A DNA stretch of 63,715 nucleotides, counting the filler, from Stramenopiles sp. TOSAG23-2 (taxonomy: Eukaryota), in the NCBI GenBank assembly GCA_900128395.1. It is 11 parts of 11 records of this genome, joined end to end, with 100 filler letters (N's around TTAATTAATTAA, not from the genome) between each part and the next. Parts side by side here need not be neighbours in the genome. Positions count along the whole stretch, not along the records: positions 51,986 to 59,292 come from LT650337.1; positions 59,393 to 60,767 come from LT653049.1; positions 60,868 to 62,241 come from LT653050.1; positions 62,342 to 63,715 come from LT653051.1; 7 more parts are not named here. One strand, given 5' to 3'. The notes under the pieces were generated by a model. It did no database searches. It was not told the DNA's origin and worked only from the letters and a program-made list of their open reading frames with translations. Of this stretch, positions 57,901 to 63,715 are shown piece by piece; the stretch's first letter is position 1, and each line of letters starts with the position of its first letter. The position numbers were made by a program, and so were the translations under genes.

Positions 57901-58690
57901 AAATTAACGGATCATGTACATTTATTTGCACAAGTAATTGGATCGTATTTAAAAAATTCAAATTTTCAGGGCAATATTGACACATTGCACTTGCAGTAAT
58001 CAAGCCATTATCTAACAATGGTCCTAAAAAAATAGCAACGTCTTGCTCTAATTTTCCTATAATAGATGTTTCACTATAACCAAAACGAACAAAATCACTA
58101 TTTGAAGATTGTCGAAAAATTTTCAATTGATCTCCACTTCTAACACGATTTCTTCCTTTTACTGTAGATAAGCCAGAGATTAAGTTCCATCCTAAAACTT
58201 TTCCTTTATCCCCCCATTGTTTATTTCCAAGTAGTCGGTTGTCATTTTTCCAAGATTGTATTTGTATCGTTTTACGATTCCGGTTAAAATTATTGTTACC
58301 GCGTTTTTGTTTCTTTTTTATATTATTATTATTGTTGTTGTCATTATTATTTGCATTATTACGTTTTTTTTTCTTTGAATGTTTAGTCATTATTGAAAAA
58401 GCATTTTTTGTTACTTTTTTGGCCTTGATGTTACTATTATTATTCATTTGATTTGAGCCATTCATGTTGAAGGATGAACTTCCTGTATGATTATTGATGT
58501 TGGTATTATTATTATTATTGCTGGAGGAAGATGTTATTGTTGTTGTTGATGATGAAGAAGATGACGTGGTGGAAGATGGTGAAAAACCTGAAAAATTGGT
58601 ACATGTAGCAGCGTGTTTTTCAATAAATTTGACCGGGAAACTTCTGGAACATATTGGACATTGTCCATACTCTCTTTGATACGTCGTCAT
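54974..58690 (-). CDS. RAD5: Rad5/HLTF-like SNF2 DNA translocase and RING E3 ligase with N-terminal UBZ and HIRAN-like domains
   Basis: CPIC...H...C UBZ; HIRAN-like region; GGILADEMGMGKT, LDEAH, TGTPMQN, LRQACDHP, RING CPVC..CGH..C..C..CPVCR, LNLT, QAINRCHRIGQ. Confidence 0.9.
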   Translation of the reverse strand: MTTYQREYGQCPICSRSFPVKFIEKHAATCTNFSGFSPSSTTSSSSSSTTTITSSSSNNNNNTNINNHTGSSSFNMNGSNQMNNNSNIKAKKVTKNAFSIMTKHSKKKKRNNANNNDNNNNNNIKKKQKRGNNNFNRNRKTIQIQSWKNDNRLLGNKQWGDKGKVLGWNLISGLSTVKGRNRVRSGDQLKIFRQSSNSDFVRFGYSETSIIGKLEQDVAIFLGPLLDNGLITASAMCQYCPENLNFLNTIQLLVQINVHDPLIFSEAPSPIIEECTILRKAVFKLARWIFPIVSATCKGLAGNNRSSSSNTDTDSNAEDLSDKANSSSDGDDEDIVVHSLDGNNNNNNNNNNNNNNSRSRSEEEEEDGASNSQVDLLLEETLINTGNGDDDFIDIMNNIHTVEPSKSLNVTLRPYQQDALSWMTDREVIKSPTYEMQNPSFNQHKSQSKTQELLNVHPLWLECRFQDQDAQHISIYINPYSQTVQIKKPPTIQECRGGILADEMGMGKTIEVLSLIAKDKEDNLKHINSRNYDSDDDEDADGNSKQNTNETDNKDNEEEEEEENDSKRTQTLIVLPMSVLAQWGNEIKNHVKDLSYYTYYSNDKDIHVNRLKQFDVVLTTYGTLSYEAQRLSNATNATSTTSLQCPLLLIKWRRVVLDEAHTIKNRSTLVAQGCNRINATRRWCVTGTPMQNGIQDLYSLIKFLNHQPWSVPLWWNRVIKKPFDDGDEKAKERLRAVLGPIILRRTKDTVDKTTGKAIVTLPKRSIYLHQVQFSKAENEFYQSLFQRSKAEFDGYVASGTLANNYATILTLLLRLRQACDHPFLVLGKNSGDGSVNENKKKYVGKLYRRFLSSTSTVGNNGNSSRCGSSSSSNNNKIESDDINNSDGSSSSSVLDNNNKMSSALSTQPEFIRNLFNELEKDGVSKMECPVCLDPPDNGVLTPCGHLLCRECLFGSLQYFGGAKCPVCRAKVDMKNVVPINDSVDATAAPTMHDLQNNGKAVRSAKLDAMVTILRDNIIVPAGSVDGSRSANNGLGLNVIDKAKSLYHDINVIKSESNSPGTSSAPSNKVVQSTVLKKIAKHKKAVIFTQWTYMLDLISIVLKKENFNFVRLDGSMSQAKREKAVQEFKEEDHIQIMVMSLKAGGLGLNLTCASLVMLMDLWWNPAVEDQAINRCHRIGQTRDVEVYRFIVEGSCETKMIKIHEKKKKLSKALLLEGSSMGNSKKSRALNLDDLKTFFT

Positions 58691-59392
58691 CGTTTTTAAT
58701 CAATTTAGTATAATCGGTGGTGGTTATTATTATTATTATTTCCCCTCCCCTCCTTTTGACTATATTTCATCTTTACAAACTAACAACTAAATAAACTTTC
58801 ATCCATCACCAGTATGCTGGTATGCATTATTATATTTTTTTGAATTTTTTCCCGGGCGGGCGGCTTCGGCAGTATTCTGGCATCAGTCCAGCAGTGGGCC
58901 AGTGGGCATCAGCAGAGCCATAGCATCATTAGAATTTGTGAAAAATAAATAAAACTACACAGTATTAAAACGATAGGCAGTCTGGCAATCAACAATTTAT
59001 TATCATAGAGCAATCTAATGAAAAAACTGATTAGTAGGTAAATATAATTGGCTCAGGGGTGGTTTTTTTTTGTGTCGTCGTCGCGTCGTGCACGCCTGGC
59101 ACCACGTTGTGTTGCTCGTCGTCTTTTTTATTTTTATTTATTTGAAAATAATATATTTTTTTGAAGAATTGATATTATGAGGGGTTGTGGACTATATACC
59201 ATTGCTGTATATCAATATTAAAGATAAATAACAACAGAAAGACATTCAAAAAAGATTTATAGCGAAAATTACGATGATGGAATATATGACGGNNNNNNNN
59301 NNNNNNNNNNNNNNNNNNNNNNNNNNNNNNNNNNNNTTAATTAATTAANNNNNNNNNNNNNNNNNNNNNNNNNNNNNNNNNNNNNNNNNNNN

Positions 59393-60032
59393 TTCGATGG
59401 TCTTCTCTCTCGTGTTCCTCGCGTTGTCCTCGGTGTTGGTTTCCATCATCCCGCGCGTGCGCGCGCGCGCGCGCGTCTCTCTTTTTATGCGACGACGACG
59501 ACGACGACCGATTCGAAACCAAAACGCCTCTCTTTTTACGTAGGGAAATGATCAGATCACACGGGATCACGAATGTGTCCCGAGAGAAATTCCCAAACGA
59601 AAAACCACGGGCTCTCTTTCGTCGTCTCTCCGCTTTTCGCGCGCGTTTGTACCGAAACCAATTATTCGAACAACGCTTTTTTACGAATCGATCGATCGAT
59701 ACAACCACCTCCCCTTTTTCGAAGTGGACTTTTTTGGTCGAGACTTTGCGAGCGCGCAATGAAGGATCGAATGTATTAGAGTATTTCTTTTTTCTTCGTT
59801 CTTTTTTTTTTTCTTTTACAACCCTAAACAATACTCTCGACACAATCACTTTTTTGACCTTTATAATTGTGGAAGTTTTTTCTCAGGGCACCACCTGCGA
59901 CGCCGGGTCGGGCGCGTCGGGCGCGTCGGGCATCTCTCGATCTCCTCCACCTCCATCTTCGGTATCATTCGCTTCTTCTTCGGTATCCTTCGCCTCTGCG
60001 GGTGCGACTTCCTCTTTCTTCGCATCTTCTGG

Positions 60033-60080
<48 letters not shown>
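59393..60080 (-). other. GC-richer foreign-looking segment with a gene 3' end (...PEDAKKEEVAPAEA...PDAPDAPDPASQVVP*) and a gene start near 59448
   Basis: Abundant CpG, (CG)n and (CGA)n unlike the rest of the window; joined to AT-rich DNA at a (TTG)n tract, 60033-60080. Confidence 0.6.
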
Positions 60081-60081
<1 letters not shown>

Positions 60082-60867
60082 AGTTGAAGACATTATTATT
60101 ATTATTATTATCCATTTTACTTGTAAAAATGTTGAATAATATCACAATATGTAATTATTACTATACGACTGTTTCCACGAGTGATAAAATTTATTTGTTA
60201 AGTTCTGTCTTTGTTTATTTCATTTATGAAACTGTTGTAACTGATTAAATTATATATAAATCCAATTAAATAGTTCTAAAAGGTGTTGCAAATACAATAC
60301 TACACACATATATATCATGTAGTATCATGTATTTATAATATACTAGCACTATAAGGATAAATATGTGTCATTGTGTCATTCATCATTAATAAATCATTCA
60401 TTATTTACTATGTATTTAATATCAGTAATTTTAGCTGCCCAGCCCCACCTAACCTGATTAAACTGATGCCCACCTTTTTATCAATGCTATGTCTATATTA
60501 TTCACTAAGCTATTTTCAGTGCTATATCTATGCTATGAAATCATGAAACAAACTGTTTCCCGATTTAGATTCCTATCCATTAATTATTAAGACTAAAAAA
60601 TATATATACCAGGTATAGTGCTATACGAAGTATTATTATACGATATCGTATATATATTATATGTGTCGTATTTTTTAATATACAACCCACATATGCCACA
60701 GTAAATACTACCAGTCCCGTGTATTGAAATATGTACGAAGTACGTCGTACTTCGTAAGTAATACTACNNNNNNNNNNNNNNNNNNNNNNNNNNNNNNNNN
60801 NNNNNNNNNNNTTAATTAATTAANNNNNNNNNNNNNNNNNNNNNNNNNNNNNNNNNNNNNNNNNNNN

Positions 60868-61075
60868 CAAGCATAATATTGAAGGTGATACGATAATTAG
60901 ATCCAAGCATAAGTGGTTGTTCCAATGGATGTATTGTTGATATTCGATCATTTCATTCAAGCATAAGTGGTTGTTCCAATGGATGTATTGTTGATATTCG
61001 ATAATTAGATCCGAGCATAAGTGGTATAAACACATATATATTGTTGATAATCGATAATTTCATCCCCCCAAGCAT
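60868..61075. repeat. Degenerate minisatellite, ~54-bp unit
   Basis: AGCATAAGTGGTTGTTCCAATGGATGTATTGTTGATATTCGAT.ATT repeated, with degenerate flanking units. Confidence 0.7.
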
Positions 61076-61187
61076 TAATATGAGTAGTATTTTGTGTTAG
61101 TGATATGATCAGTTCAACAACGATGTGATTTGTTTTTCTAATAATACGAAATCAACAAAAAGAAGCGATATATATGATTTCTACTTA

Positions 61188-61730
61188 CCGTTTAAACAAA
61201 TAAATACAATCTTGTAAGCATCTTTGTTTATACGTCGTTTCATTGCTGCTAAACAGATTATTGCTACATGTAGTATGATTGCTTTTCGAATTCCAAAGTC
61301 TTAACAATAAGTTCAAGATTTCGTTTATTAGTTCATCATTATTTCGTATTTGTTCTAACCAAAACATGACATAGTTGTTATTACTTACATTATTATTATT
61401 ATTATTATTATTATGAAAGGATGGAATTCCATTATGTACACGATACACTTTTAAACCTAATAATAGTAATTGTTCTCCAACATGGTGAAACAATCGATTT
61501 GCTGGTTTATGACTAAAGTATTTATTGCTTTCTAATATACAATAGTGTGCATCATGCAATAGTTTCGTTTTAAAGACTATACTGGAAAGTTTTGATAATA
61601 TATTATTAATATTATTTACATTTTGTGTATTGATTAATAATGCCAATATTTTAAATATACCAGCAAGTTCATCATTAATAGTAGTAGTTGTTAACGTGTT
61701 CCTGTTATTGTTTGTGTTTGATTTTAACAT
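61188..61730 (-). CDS. Hypothetical protein exon ending at a GTAAGT donor
   Basis: 181-aa ORF whose stop lies within CG|GTAAGTAG; no recognisable domain. Confidence 0.4.
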
Positions 61731-62341
61731 TTGGTGATGGTAGTGTGCGTGTGGTCACATGGGTTGTAATATAATGAGAATGATACTAGAATGGTTGTGT
61801 GAATGTGCCATATATATATTAATATACCTCTAAAGGTATTCCAGTGTACATTGTTGGTTAATAAAAGCTATTATTTCAATTATTATATTCTATAAAAATT
61901 AATTTAAATTTTGATATAATTTAAAATTTTTACATTCTTTATTTAATTTTTTCAAAGTCATTATTTTGGAGTAAAAAAAGTGTTGTTCGTTAACATAATG
62001 AACATTAGAGTAATATTAATCTTCTATTACGTAAATTAAATATTAAAAAAGCTATTTTTTAAAAAGGCTTTTTAAAACTTTTAAATTATTATAACCCTAT
62101 TAATAGTCTATATTACGTACAAATTACGTTATATATATTAATTTATCTATTAACGTAATTAATAATTAAAATCCCTTTTTATAAGTTAATTCTCTTATTA
62201 CACTTATTATTACTTAAAAATAGGATATAATCATATTGTAGNNNNNNNNNNNNNNNNNNNNNNNNNNNNNNNNNNNNNNNNNNNNTTAATTAATTAANNN
62301 NNNNNNNNNNNNNNNNNNNNNNNNNNNNNNNNNNNNNNNNN

Positions 62342-63714
62342 TCACCCGGTCGGCATGTTTTAAATTTTGTGCAGCTTTTAGCGTTAATTACTTCTGAAAA
62401 TGTTCCATTTGGACATTTATCACAGCTACGCTCATATCTTTCATTATATACTGCATTTTTCGATTTTATGGTGCCAGGAGGACAAGATGGCATTTGATTG
62501 TCATCAATTTTGAAAAAATCAAGTAGATCGGAAGAAATTTTCATAGTAACCATTGTTGTCGGTATTGTTACCTTAACCGTGTTCTCGCCGATAATCATTG
62601 AATCAAGGATTGTCGGAGTTAACTCATTTATAACAATCTGCTTGTATAAAAATTCGCCAGTGCTCGTTCCTTCTGGCACGCGAATCGATAATTGACTTGA
62701 TGCTACGTTCAATGCAATTGCAAAAGTTTCAATTACATTGGTAGGATGTGCTGCAGTCTCCTTCATTTTTGATTTTATGGTTGCTTTTGCTTCTTCATCA
62801 TTAACTTTCACTTCGTAGAGCACAGCAATTTGTGAACTGATTAAATACCTTCGCCGTCTATTGCTATTTGTATTCATCTCGCATATTCTCTTACCATCTG
62901 CATGCACTTCACATATTTCAATAATTTCGATATCATCGGGGTGAATTCCAAACACGTTTTTTGCAAGCGTATTACGAATATTTTCTATGTTTTCCTTGGT
63001 GTCCGCAAGCGATATGCCACTGAATGCTATTTCTTGTCTAACAAAAGAAGTATCTTCTGTTGATGCGGATGCTTTTGCCTTGCAATCCTCCCTAACTATT
63101 TCGTCAGTACAACATTGAGATGCGACAACTCTAAGCTCCATCGCCCCAACCCCCTTGCACCAATTATTGATGGTGTCTTCTAACGCATATTTTGCCTCTA
63201 TATATACCATAGCTTCATTACAAAGTGCCCTATTTCGCATATTTCCATCTACATCTGTTAACCCGAAAACATTTTCTTGGGGGTTAAATTTAGAAGCATC
63301 TTCACAAATTTCTGAATAATCCGTAGTAACTAAAGGTTTGAAAATAGATGTTTTTCCCGTCATACCGCCTTTGCAAATTCCAAATCCTATCTTAACTTCT
63401 CCAACGACACCATTTTCAATATGTATTGTTCCACCTTTGTTGCAATCCAAATTACCAGAGATCAAAACATGTTTCTTCATCACTATTGATCCTTTATTTG
63501 TACCACCATGCATTGTATAATCCCCGTGATTCAATATAATTTTCCCAGATGCTTTGTTGACAACGTTGACTAATTCTATTTTGCCCATGTAATTTCCATA
63601 GTTGTAATGAATGGTCAAAACACCTTGGTTAATTAAGTTCCCGATGATTATATCATTGGAGTTGGAATTGGAAGAAAAGGAGAAAAAGCAAAAAAGAGAG
63701 GAAGAGCTGTTGAA
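62342..63714 (-). CDS. Large cell-surface protein fragment with TNFR/GCC2-like Cys repeat, partial at both ends
   Basis: Frame open across the whole contig; N.G..I beta-repeat-like region, RRRRYL motif, CPPGT...CDKCPNGTFS....A.SC..F..C.PG. Confidence 0.6.
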
Positions 63715-63715
63715 A

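Noticed and set aside
60868-61075. CRISPR-like array
   Set aside because: Units are contiguous tandem repeats without unique spacers, there are no cas genes, and the context is eukaryotic.
1-63715. tRNA, rRNA, snRNA or hammerhead ribozyme genes
   Set aside because: No convincing T-loop, snRNA or CUGANGA/GAAA core found by eye; a covariance-model scan would be needed to exclude them.

Overview
This is not one locus. It is 11 unrelated eukaryotic contigs sorted by length (eight of about 7.3 kb, then three of about 1.37 kb), joined by artificial N44-TTAATTAATTAA-N44 linkers, so adjacency across a linker means nothing. The DNA is AT-rich, gene-dense and intron-poor (short GT-AG introns with CTAAC branch points) and encodes many poly-N/S/T/K tracts. 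Flagellar genes (ODAD1/DC2-like, SHIPPO-repeat, C11orf65-like) point to a flagellated protist, probably a heterotrophic stramenopile (inference). Inverted chimeras and head-to-tail near-duplicates of 55-500 bp suggest an amplified single-cell or population co-assembly. About 27 genes are supportable. The strongest candidate for an undescribed system is an intronless fusion of a PLP cysteine desulfurase to a bacterial-type TtcA tRNA-C32 thiolase (30607-33846). Other unusual architectures: PARP zinc finger-SAP-PADR1-PolX 8-kDa lyase with no catalytic PARP domain, TM-PRELI-ACBP, Cof-type HAD plus two hotdog thioesterases, and C-type lectin plus acyltransferase-3. The non-coding DNA is polarised: CCWGG/CWG-rich tracts upstream of genes and TACG/CGTA-rich tracts downstream. 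There is also a ~215-bp dispersed element seen only between convergent genes, and a MITE family with co-varying TIRs. All protein calls come from motif recognition by eye, not database searches.
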